DNA of 64,000 nt from Bacteroidales bacterium (lineage in GTDB: Bacteria > Bacteroidota > Bacteroidia > Bacteroidales > UBA11471). The notes beneath the pieces are model-generated. The model was not told where the DNA came from and searched no databases. It saw only the letters and a program-made list of their open reading frames with translations. The DNA lies in contig JAZURX010000011.1 in the NCBI GenBank assembly GCA_045606385.1, forward strand, positions 37,680-101,679. Reading direction: 5' to 3'. Of the stretch, positions 9,743 through 19,008 are shown piece after piece. The position numbers and the translations under genes were made by a program. Position 1 is the first letter of the stretch, and every line of letters begins with the position of its first letter.

Positions 9743-12598
9743 ATGCAATCAAAGAGTAAGTATGGACATATAGTTATAATTCTCGCATTATGCGGGTTGT
9801 TTTATTGCGTGCCGAGCGGTACGGCAAGCAATAAATATGTCCCTATTTCACTCGACAACGACTACAAAGATTTGCATCAATACCTCATCGAAACATATGC
9901 GACAAACGACACAGCAAGCGTCGCAGAAGGGTCAAATCGTCGACGCCGTCGACGCAACAAACTCGAAGCCCACAACACTATTGTCGATACTACCACAGCA
10001 GCAATAGATAGCACGGCAAACGACTCTATCCCAACCGATTCTACAAACCACAAGCCCGCTCGAAAAGAGGCATTCGAAGACATCATTAAATACCACGCCA
10101 CCGACTCGGCGGTATTTACCAACACCAATACAGGTTTTCTCTACGGCGAAGGAGTAGTAACATACCAGAATATGGAACTCACCGCCGACGAGATGCATAT
10201 GGACATGGATAGCAGCCAGATATACGCCACAGGCCGACTCGACTCCATAGGCGATGTGATAGGCAAACCGATATTCAAAGACCCCAGTGGTGAATACCAC
10301 ACCAAGAATATGAAGTACAACTTCAAATCGCAAAAGGCATTTATCACCGATGTCGTAACGCAACAAGGCGAAGGCTACCTCACAGGAGGGAAAACCAAGA
10401 AAAATCCCGATGGCTCATACTATCTGCGCGACGGAATGTACACAACTTGCGACAAGCACGATGAACCACACTTCTATATGAAACTCACCAAAGGTAAAAT
10501 GCGCCCCGACAAAGATGTGGTAAGCGGTCCGGCCTACATGGTACTCGGTGGTATACCCTTACCGATCGCGCTTCCTTTCGGATATTTCCCTTTCACAAAG
10601 AAATATAGTTCGGGTATCATTTTTCCATCATTCGGTGACGAAACGGCACGCGGATTTTATTTACGCGACGGAGGTTATTATTTTGCCATAAGCGACTACA
10701 TCGATTTGGCTCTTACCGGAGAAATATATACCAAAGGTTCATGGGGTGTAAATGCTCAATCGGTTTATGCAAAACGCTACAAATTTTCAGGAAATTTTCA
10801 TTTCAGCTACCTCGCCACTGTATTAGGCGATAAAGGCATGCCCGACTATTCGAAACAAACCAATTTCAAGCTCACATGGTCGCACTCACAAGACCGCAAA
10901 GCCAACCCCAACCTATCGTTCTCGGCAAGCGTAAACTTTGCGACAAGCGGATATAGCCACAACAACCTCACCAACTATGGTAACGCAACGGCATTCACAC
11001 AGAACACCACAAGTTCTACAATAAGTATGTCGTACAATATACCCAACACACCGTTCAGCCTCTCCATGACAGCCAATGTCACACAACGCAACTCCGACTC
11101 TACACTCAATGTATCATTCCCCAACCTTACCCTCAATATGAGTCGTATATATCCATTCAAGCGAAAAAAACGGGTTGGAAAAGAAAAATGGTACGAAAAA
11201 ATAAGCCTCAGCTATACGGGATATTTCAAAAACTCATTGCAAAGCAAGCAAAACGAATTCTTCAAAAAGAATCTCATTCGCGACTGGAACAATGGTATGC
11301 AACACAATGTACCTATCTCAGCCACCTTCACGCTATTCAAGTATATCAACATCACGCCCTCATTCAGCTTTACCGACCGCATGTACACACATCGCATCAT
11401 GCAGGAATGGGATCCTCGCAGCGCGGCCGTCGTACGCGACACGACATACGGTTTCTACAATGTATATAATTACAATTTCAGCGTAAGTGCGCAAACGAAA
11501 CTTTACGGCTACTATCGTCCATTACCATTTATCGGGAAAAAAATACCGATGATACGCCACGTACTCACACCATCGGTACGATTCTCGGGCGCACCCGACT
11601 TTGGAAGTTCTCGTTATGGATATTGGCAACGTTATACCAAGGTTAATAAAGACGGCACAACGGATATTGTACATTACTCACCCTTTACAGGCAGTCTTTA
11701 CGGAGTACCATCGCGCGGGAAAACCGGAAGCATATCGCTTTCACTTGCCAACAACCTCGAAATGAAAGTCAACACCGACAAAGATACAACCGGTGTACGA
11801 AAAGTAAGCCTTATTGAGAACTTATCGGCCAGCATGAGTTACAATCTCGCAGCCGACTCGCTCAATTGGAGCAACCTCAACACCTCGATACTCATCAAAC
11901 TCACCAAACAGTTCAATCTGCAAGTAAGCGCAGTGTTTGACCCATACACATACCAACTCAATTCGAGCGGAAATCCTGTACGCGTAAACGTGCCTCGCTG
12001 GAAGGCAGGCAAAGGCTTCGCCCGACTATCAAGTGCCGGAACATCATTCTCATACACTTTCAACAACAGCACATTCAAGCGAAAAGACAAGAAAGGATCA
12101 GTCTCTGCGCAAGAGGAAGGAGGTGATAATATGGCTCTCGAAGATGAAATCATGTCAAATGCCGAAGATATAAACAGTAACGACAGCGGGGAAAATAACA
12201 AAGACGAGGTAAAAATGAAAGACGGATACATGGTATGGACAGTGCCATGGAGTTTGTCTATAAACTACTCAGTCAATTACGGGTACGGTACATTCAACAA
12301 AAAAAAGATGGAATACGATGGAAAGATAAACCAAAATCTCAGCATATCGGGTTCTCTTCAACCAACAAAAAACTGGTCATTCAATTTTTCTGCCAGTTAC
12401 AACTTTGCCACCAAACGTATTGCCTATATGAATTGTAACATATCACGCGACCTACATTGTTGGTCGATGACTGCAAGTTTCATTCCAGTAGGGCCATACA
12501 AATCTTATAATTTCAGTATAAGAGTAAAATCGTCGATGCTGAGCGACTTGAAATATGACAAAAGCGGCAACTCATATAACCGTCTGAAGTGGTATTAA
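9743..12598 (+). CDS. lptD: Putative LPS-assembly outer-membrane protein LptD (Bacteroidetes type)
   Basis: N-terminal jelly-roll-like region, YTTCD...PHFY, RGFYLRDGGYYF, long beta barrel, ISRDLHCW near the C-terminus. Confidence 0.8.
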   Translation: MQSKSKYGHIVIILALCGLFYCVPSGTASNKYVPISLDNDYKDLHQYLIETYATNDTASVAEGSNRRRRRRNKLEAHNTIVDTTTAAIDSTANDSIPTDSTNHKPARKEAFEDIIKYHATDSAVFTNTNTGFLYGEGVVTYQNMELTADEMHMDMDSSQIYATGRLDSIGDVIGKPIFKDPSGEYHTKNMKYNFKSQKAFITDVVTQQGEGYLTGGKTKKNPDGSYYLRDGMYTTCDKHDEPHFYMKLTKGKMRPDKDVVSGPAYMVLGGIPLPIALPFGYFPFTKKYSSGIIFPSFGDETARGFYLRDGGYYFAISDYIDLALTGEIYTKGSWGVNAQSVYAKRYKFSGNFHFSYLATVLGDKGMPDYSKQTNFKLTWSHSQDRKANPNLSFSASVNFATSGYSHNNLTNYGNATAFTQNTTSSTISMSYNIPNTPFSLSMTANVTQRNSDSTLNVSFPNLTLNMSRIYPFKRKKRVGKEKWYEKISLSYTGYFKNSLQSKQNEFFKKNLIRDWNNGMQHNVPISATFTLFKYINITPSFSFTDRMYTHRIMQEWDPRSAAVVRDTTYGFYNVYNYNFSVSAQTKLYGYYRPLPFIGKKIPMIRHVLTPSVRFSGAPDFGSSRYGYWQRYTKVNKDGTTDIVHYSPFTGSLYGVPSRGKTGSISLSLANNLEMKVNTDKDTTGVRKVSLIENLSASMSYNLAADSLNWSNLNTSILIKLTKQFNLQVSAVFDPYTYQLNSSGNPVRVNVPRWKAGKGFARLSSAGTSFSYTFNNSTFKRKDKKGSVSAQEEGGDNMALEDEIMSNAEDINSNDSGENNKDEVKMKDGYMVWTVPWSLSINYSVNYGYGTFNKKKMEYDGKINQNLSISGSLQPTKNWSFNFSASYNFATKRIAYMNCNISRDLHCWSMTASFIPVGPYKSYNFSIRVKSSMLSDLKYDKSGNSYNRLKWY

Positions 12599-12736
12599 CC
12601 TCATAAAACCTCACACTGCGGCAAAACAAATAAAAACGGCGCAAAAGCGATAAAAAAAGAATGAAATTTTATAGATACAACTACAACGATATGCTATATT
12701 TGTCGTGAAAATACACAATACATATATATACTTATC

Positions 12737-13771
12737 ATGAAAGGAAGAATATTAGTAACAGGAGGTGCCGGATATATCGGTTCGCATACAGCCGTAGAGT
12801 TACAAAATGCGGGCTACGAAGTAATAATACTCGACAATCTCTCAAATTCCAATGCAGAAGTAATTGATGGCATAGAACGTATCACGGGTACTCGTCCTGC
12901 TTTTATAAAGATGGACCTTCAAGACAAAGAGGCTTTGCGTCAATTATTTGAAGAATATCCCGGTATCAAAGGAGTAATAAACTTTGCAGCCAGTAAAGCT
13001 GTAGGCGAATCGGTAAAAAAACCTTTGCTATACTATCGAAATAATCTGGTAACAATTCTCAATCTGCTCGACCTTATGCCCGAATATGGAGTAGAAGCTC
13101 TTGTATTCTCGTCGTCATGCACCGTATATGGTCAACCCGACATATTGCCTGTAACAGAAGAAGCACCCATAAAACCTGCTCTCTCTCCATACGGCAACAC
13201 CAAACAGATATGTGAAGAAATCATTACCGATACCATACATGCCGGAGCGCCATTTAAATCGATACTGCTTCGCTACTTCAACCCCGTAGGCGCACACCCC
13301 ACAGCCGAAATCGGCGAATTGCCTCTCGGAGTACCACAAAACCTTCTTCCCTACGTCACCCAAGCTGCCATGGGTATACGTGAAAAACTCAGCGTATTCG
13401 GTGATGACTACGACACTCCCGATGGCTCATGCATACGAGATTACATACACGTTGTAGACCTTGCCAAAGCTCACGTAAAAGCTGTTGACCGTATGCTCAA
13501 TGGTGAAAGTGCCGATAATGTTGAGATTTTCAATCTTGGTACAGGAAAAGGCGTATCTGTACTTGAATTGATAAAGACATTTGAAGAATCGACCGGCGTA
13601 AAACTCAATTATGAAATCGTAGGCCGTCGCGAAGGCGACATCACCAAAGTATGGGCAGATCCAGAAAAGGCCAACAAAGTTCTGGGGTGGACAGCTACAG
13701 AAACTCTTGCCGACACATTATGCTCTGCTTGGAAATGGCAACAGCATCTTCGTAAAAAAGGAATTATGTAA
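12737..13771 (+). CDS. galE: UDP-glucose 4-epimerase
   Basis: ILVTGGAGYIGSH, KAVGES, YGNTK, LRYFNP, RDYIHVVDLA. Confidence 0.97.
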   Translation: MKGRILVTGGAGYIGSHTAVELQNAGYEVIILDNLSNSNAEVIDGIERITGTRPAFIKMDLQDKEALRQLFEEYPGIKGVINFAASKAVGESVKKPLLYYRNNLVTILNLLDLMPEYGVEALVFSSSCTVYGQPDILPVTEEAPIKPALSPYGNTKQICEEIITDTIHAGAPFKSILLRYFNPVGAHPTAEIGELPLGVPQNLLPYVTQAAMGIREKLSVFGDDYDTPDGSCIRDYIHVVDLAKAHVKAVDRMLNGESADNVEIFNLGTGKGVSVLELIKTFEESTGVKLNYEIVGRREGDITKVWADPEKANKVLGWTATETLADTLCSAWKWQQHLRKKGIM

Positions 13772-13800
13772 CCGAACTGAATATTTAAGTATATATACTT

Positions 13801-13839
13801 TTAGGGCAATATCTTTACTGTAGATATTACCCTAATTTT
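13801..13839 (+). terminator. Intrinsic terminator after galE
   Basis: TTAGGGCAATATCT / AGATATTACCCTAA (one mismatch) followed by TTTT. Confidence 0.65.
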
Positions 13840-13942
13840 CTGCATATTATAAGATAAAATAGACTATATATTTCGAATACCACATTTTCAAGATGTATTT
13901 TAAAATATTTTAACCAACTATTTTATTAAAATATTTTTTATT

Positions 13943-13957
13943 TTAGAATTATTCTAC
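13943..13957. promoter_or_regulatory. Candidate PerR box (7-1-7 inverted repeat)
   Basis: TTAGAAT-T-ATTCTAC lies directly upstream of a near-consensus -7 box (CATATTTG, 13958-13965) of perR-rbr. Confidence 0.6.
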
Positions 13958-13984
13958 CATATTTGCAGTAGAAAATTTTATACG

Positions 13985-14422
13985 ATGATAGACGAAAAAA
14001 GAATATCTGAAATGTTTCGTGCAAAAGGGCTTCGGGTGACCCCCCAAAGACTCGTAACATACCGCACACTATACGATATGCAACACCCTTCAGCCGAAAA
14101 AGTGATAGAAGAAGTTCGTAATCGCATTCCGGCTATCACGGTTGCCACGGTATACAACACGCTCGAATGTCTCGTCAATGCAGGATTGGTAACGAAAGTA
14201 TTTTCGCCCGACAATAAGATGTATTTCGATGCCGATACTCGACCGCACCAGCATCTGCACGACACCGACAATCATCGCATAATCGATATACACGACAATG
14301 AGTTACATAATATAATTACAGACCATCTGAAAAAAAATGAGCTACTTAGCAGATACACTATACATGAAATAAAATTACATCTCACAGGAAGAGAAAACAA
14401 AATAAAAAATCAACCACAATAA
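13985..14422 (+). CDS. perR: Fur-family peroxide regulator, PerR-like
   Basis: [21 protein letters not shown]34/D82/H88/H90/D101 spaced like the B. subtilis PerR metal ligands; directly upstream of rubrerythrin. Confidence 0.75.
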   Translation: MIDEKRISEMFRAKGLRVTPQRLVTYRTLYDMQHPSAEKVIEEVRNRIPAITVATVYNTLECLVNAGLVTKVFSPDNKMYFDADTRPHQHLHDTDNHRIIDIHDNELHNIITDHLKKNELLSRYTIHEIKLHLTGRENKIKNQPQ

Positions 14423-14433
14423 AACTTACTATT

Positions 14434-15009
14434 ATGAAAAGCGTAAAAGGAACCCGCACAGAACAAAATTTGTTGAAATCATTCGCAGGCGAATCACAAG
14501 CCCGAGGCCGTTACACATACTTTGCAAGCATCGCAAAAAAAGAAGGATATGAGCAAATAGCCGCCATATTCATGGAAACAGCCGAACAAGAAAAGGAACA
14601 CGCAAAAAAATTCTTCAAATACCTCGAGGGAGGAATGGTAGAAATCACCGCTACATATCCCGCCGGCATACTTTCAACAACTGCCGAGAACTTAAAAGCC
14701 GCAGCTGAAGGTGAAAACGAAGAATGGGTAGACCTCTATCCCGAATTTGCCAAAATCGCCGACGAAGAAGGCTTTCCCGCAATCGCTGAGACATTTCGTC
14801 GCGTAGCCATGGTAGAAGAAGAACACGAAATACGCTACCGCAAACTTTACGACCGCGTGGTAAACGGCTCGGTGTTTGTCGATGAAGACGAAATCGAATG
14901 GCAATGCCGCAACTGCGGATACGTGCACAAAGGGAAAAAAGCTCCCGAAACATGCCCGGCATGCCAACACCCTAAAGCATACTTCGAACGCAAGAAAAAC
15001 AACTATTAA
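14434..15009 (+). CDS. rbr: Rubrerythrin
   Basis: FAGESQA, EKEH, EEEH diiron motifs; C-terminal rubredoxin CRNC...CPAC. Confidence 0.96.
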   Translation: MKSVKGTRTEQNLLKSFAGESQARGRYTYFASIAKKEGYEQIAAIFMETAEQEKEHAKKFFKYLEGGMVEITATYPAGILSTTAENLKAAAEGENEEWVDLYPEFAKIADEEGFPAIAETFRRVAMVEEEHEIRYRKLYDRVVNGSVFVDEDEIEWQCRNCGYVHKGKKAPETCPACQHPKAYFERKKNNY

Positions 15010-15059
15010 TTAAAAGAAGTGTGACAGATACTCTAAAATAATAACATATAATTACGATA

Positions 15060-15088
15060 AAAAGCCCCGAAATAAATTCGGGGCTTTT
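15060..15088 (+). terminator. Intrinsic terminator after rbr
   Basis: AAAAGCCCCGAA / TTCGGGGCTTTT perfect stem. Confidence 0.85.
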
Positions 15089-15266
15089 CAGGTTAAATCC
15101 GGAATAAAAGTAAATATTCGAAGAGAAACTCAGCACTGCAACAACAGGCATATAGATTTAATTGAAATTTGTATGTAATCACAAAAACCATATTTTTCGA
15201 AAAAAAAATTTACCCAACAAAAAATATATATATCTTTGTTCATTACAATCATACATTATTATCACC

Positions 15267-17969
15267 ATGAATAAAAGAATATTACTTTACACTGTTTTGT
15301 ACATATTGTGTAGCAACATATATGCACAAAAAATTGATTTTAATCTCTACGGACGCAACGAAAACGAAGGAACAGAACCGGGATACACACCTTGGGCAGT
15401 AGTACAAGGGTCAAATGCCTCACTCACATTAAGCAACGGAGTAATTGCGACACTGAGTTGCGATGCCACACAAAGTATGACACTGAGATCGAATTGGTGG
15501 AAACAAGCAGTAACAAGCAATAATTCAAAAATAATAGGCGACTGCGTAGCAGTATATGGTCTCGATGCCGAAAATAATACATACCATTATACCGATAAAA
15601 GCACCGCCATCACCCTTACTCTCAAAGGACTATCGGCCGGAGAGCACTCAATTCTCGCATATCACAACGTAACTGATGGCGCTCAAACATCAGTTGCGCC
15701 AATAAATGTGGCAGTAAATGGCAACACATTATTACACGGAGTCGCTCAAACATCACGAGAATTACAACCTTCAAACAGCGGGCAATCATACATAAAATTC
15801 ACCGTAACAGAGGGAGAAAATGTAACAATAACCTACTCGACAGTTCCGGAATCAGGCTCATCGTACACCACAACTTGCGTATTTATAAATGCGCTTATCT
15901 TTGATCAGCCCAACCCAAAAACAACAGCGCTCGATCCCTCGCCTGCCACCAACGATATGCATGTCGATGCCGACAATGGCACACTACAATTATCGTGGGT
16001 CATGGCTACATCAGCAGTCAAAAATCACCTCTACATCGGCACATCAGAAGAAAATATGCAAGAGGTAAGCGTAACGACCGATAGCAAATACACTCTCAAC
16101 GATGTGTACTCGATGAATACATACTATTGGCGAGTTGACCAAGAAGATGCCGAAGGGAATGTCTACCAAGGAGAGATATGGAAATTCCGTCCTCGCCAAT
16201 TAGCATTTCCCGGAGCAGAGGGATATGGTAGATTTGCCACCGGAGGTCGTGGAGGTATTGTATACCACGTAACCTCACTCGACGATGACGCCGACAATCC
16301 CCAACCGGGTACTTTACGATATGGTATAACACAGTTGAGCGGGCCTCGTACCATCGTATTCGATGTAGCCGGTGTCATCACATTACAAGCACGACTTGCA
16401 GTATCCGATCCCTATGTAACAATTGCAGGACAGACAGCTCCGGGTACCGGCATCATGCTACGCGGTAAGCCATTCGGTGTTGCCAACGAAAGTATCACAC
16501 AATTTATACGTATGCGATTGGGAGGAGCCGACGATTGGGACGGAGTCTCGCCCAACCCCAATACCGCTGACGGATTAGGTATGGCCGGTAACGACCATTC
16601 CATTATCGACCACTGCTCAGTGGGCTGGACCATCGACGAAGCATTCAGTTCGCGAAACGCCAAAAATGTAACCCTGCAACGCACACTCATCAGCGAGGCA
16701 TTGAATATTGCCGGTCATGCCAACTACGAAGCAGGCAAAGGGCACGGATATGCCGCCACGATAGGTGGTAATTACGGCACATACCACCACAATTTATTGG
16801 CACATAACGAAGGTCGCAATTGGAGTATGTCGGGAGGCCTTGATGGTTCGGGAGCTTATGCCGGACACCACGATATGTTCAACAACGTATGCTATAACTG
16901 GGGCAATCGTACCACCGATGGAGGTACTCACCAAGGTCAGTTTGTAAACAACTATTATAAGGCAGGTCCGGCCACGACCCATACTTACTTACTCACTGCC
17001 GACCTTGAAGGGACAGGTACCGGCACACAATCGTACTATGTAAAGGGCAATATCAGAGAAAACATCAACGGCACACTCACCGGCGACGCATTGAATGTCA
17101 CTTATCGCCAGAGAGCCACAAATGGTCAAGTTGTCAACTGGGATGTATTTGTAGACCAGCCATTTTTTGAATCGTATGCTACGATAGAGCCTGCCAAATT
17201 GGCTTTCAAAACCGTATTGTCGGACGTAGGCTGTAATCAACCATTCTTTGACAATCATGACACCCGTATGGTAAAAGAGACACTGACCGGAACTACAAGT
17301 ACCCAAGGAAGTCGCAGCAAACTACATGGAATCATCGATAAAGAGAGCGACGCAGAAGGCTTCGATGGTCTCAACATCGTTGAGGAATATCGTACTGCCG
17401 ACTGGGATAGTGACCAAGATGGTATGCCCGATTGGTGGGAAAAGATAAACGATCTCGACCCCAAAGTAACCAATAATAACGATGATACCGATCGCAATGG
17501 ATACACCGAACTTGAAGAATATCTGCACTGGATTTCGGTACCCCACTACACAATATCAGCTAATGCCACCAAGGAAATCGACCTTACCACATTGTTCGCA
17601 GGATTCGACAATGCCCCCACATTCGAAGTAGTCACCGAAGGTAAGATTACAGCCACTGTAAATGGTACTACACTCAAAATCACCCCCACAACCGGAGTGA
17701 ATGCTCTTTACTCAGTAAAGGTTACAGCCAACGATGCCGATAATGTAGGCACAATGACACGTACGCTCAATTTCTACGCCGACACAGAAATTTCATCGGT
17801 AGAATCGACAACAGTCAACGACGAATTGGTAAGTAGCGAAATATACACCATCAACGGCACACTTGTGCGTAACACAAACAATCTCAATGGATTAAGCGAT
17901 GGCGTATATATTATAAAAGAGACTCGCAGATCGGGCGTAAACAGTTACAAAATATTACACAAGAATTAA
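15267..17969 (+). CDS. Secreted pectate lyase (PL1-like) with Ca-binding repeats and a T9SS-type C-terminal domain
   Basis: AFPGAEGYGRFATGGRGG, GTLRYG, TIAGQTAPG, IIDHCS, DSDQDGMPDWWE, tail IYTINGTLV...GVYII...KI. ATG 15267 (signal peptide MNKRILL) follows the -7 box TATCTTTG at 15231-15238. Confidence 0.85.
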   Translation: MNKRILLYTVLYILCSNIYAQKIDFNLYGRNENEGTEPGYTPWAVVQGSNASLTLSNGVIATLSCDATQSMTLRSNWWKQAVTSNNSKIIGDCVAVYGLDAENNTYHYTDKSTAITLTLKGLSAGEHSILAYHNVTDGAQTSVAPINVAVNGNTLLHGVAQTSRELQPSNSGQSYIKFTVTEGENVTITYSTVPESGSSYTTTCVFINALIFDQPNPKTTALDPSPATNDMHVDADNGTLQLSWVMATSAVKNHLYIGTSEENMQEVSVTTDSKYTLNDVYSMNTYYWRVDQEDAEGNVYQGEIWKFRPRQLAFPGAEGYGRFATGGRGGIVYHVTSLDDDADNPQPGTLRYGITQLSGPRTIVFDVAGVITLQARLAVSDPYVTIAGQTAPGTGIMLRGKPFGVANESITQFIRMRLGGADDWDGVSPNPNTADGLGMAGNDHSIIDHCSVGWTIDEAFSSRNAKNVTLQRTLISEALNIAGHANYEAGKGHGYAATIGGNYGTYHHNLLAHNEGRNWSMSGGLDGSGAYAGHHDMFNNVCYNWGNRTTDGGTHQGQFVNNYYKAGPATTHTYLLTADLEGTGTGTQSYYVKGNIRENINGTLTGDALNVTYRQRATNGQVVNWDVFVDQPFFESYATIEPAKLAFKTVLSDVGCNQPFFDNHDTRMVKETLTGTTSTQGSRSKLHGIIDKESDAEGFDGLNIVEEYRTADWDSDQDGMPDWWEKINDLDPKVTNNNDDTDRNGYTELEEYLHWISVPHYTISANATKEIDLTTLFAGFDNAPTFEVVTEGKITATVNGTTLKITPTTGVNALYSVKVTANDADNVGTMTRTLNFYADTEISSVESTTVNDELVSSEIYTINGTLVRNTNNLNGLSDGVYIIKETRRSGVNSYKILHKN

Positions 17970-18315
17970 GCAATTACCTGAATTTTATATAAAGGAACTC
18001 TTAAGAATACAGCGGCGCGTCTCTGAAGAGAAACACGTCGCCGTATTTCTTATGTAAATGTATATAATTTTTTCAAGGAAATCTTTATCGGGTTACAATT
18101 TTAATAGCAAGTGATTGCGATATACGACTGGCACAAACTCTTTTACCTCACTTCGATAGAGTATTTTCTTCACCCAATTATTATTCTTATCGTATTCATC
18201 TATAGAGGCGATCGGTTTCCCTATGAGTGCTATTGCACGTCCGTGACAAAAGCACGTCGAAAGACTTATTATGGGTTATTATAACATATCGCTTGAACAA
18301 GATCTGCGTCGCATG

Positions 18316-18768
18316 CTATTTCAAAGGAATTTTATCAACGCGATTTTGATGACGACCACCTTCAAATTCGGTACTGAGAAATGCCGCTATTATGGCCTTT
18401 GCCGTATCATTAGAAATGAAACGTCCCGGCATCACACAAACATTTGCATCATTATGCAGGCGAGCCAATAAGGCAATCTCCTCTATCCAGCATAGTGCCG
18501 ATCGAATACCTTGATGCTTATTGAGCGTCATATTTATACCGTTACCACTGCCGCACACAGCAATACCGGGATAACACTCTCCGGTCTCCACCGCCATAGC
18601 AAGAGGGTGCGCAAAATCGGGATAATCGCAACTTGCTACAGAATTTGTACCAAAATCTATATACGGCACTCCCATTTCATCGAGCAAAGTTTTCACATAT
18701 TGTTTCAATTCATACCCTGCGTGGTCACTGGCTAATCCCACCGGAAGATTCGATTTCAAAATACTCAT
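18316..18768 (-). CDS. rpiB: Ribose-5-phosphate isomerase B
   Basis: ASDHAG, DYPD, CGSGNG, ARLHNDAN, FEGGRH; start moved to ATG 18768. Confidence 0.93.
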   Translation of the reverse strand: MSILKSNLPVGLASDHAGYELKQYVKTLLDEMGVPYIDFGTNSVASCDYPDFAHPLAMAVETGECYPGIAVCGSGNGINMTLNKHQGIRSALCWIEEIALLARLHNDANVCVMPGRFISNDTAKAIIAAFLSTEFEGGRHQNRVDKIPLK

Positions 18769-19008
18769 TATAACATTTTTTAGTACAACACACACAGCAA
18801 GCTCATGCTTCGCCACTACAAAAATAACACATATCTGCCGATAGTACAAAGGAAATCGATGATTTTATATAAATATGTGATAACAGTGAATATTTAATGA
18901 AATAAAAATCTTGTTGATATTTCAAAGTTTTCATTAACTTTGTTTCGTCTTGAAACCTGCCAGAGGCTTAGAATCGACAACCGAATACAAAATAAAAAAT
19001 ATTCAACA

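Noticed and set aside
12661..12708. Tyr-rich mini-ORF MKFYRYNYNDMLYLS upstream of galE
   Set aside because: It overlaps the galE -7 box (TATATTTG, 12695-12702), has no attenuator structure and no metabolic rationale.
15162..15266. Upstream starts given by the track for the pectate lyase, and similarly rpiB, asmA-like, tamL, cobB, sdaA, porW, porX, ilvN and the thioesterase
   Set aside because: The extensions run through promoter elements or neighbouring genes and precede clear signal peptides or conserved N-termini.
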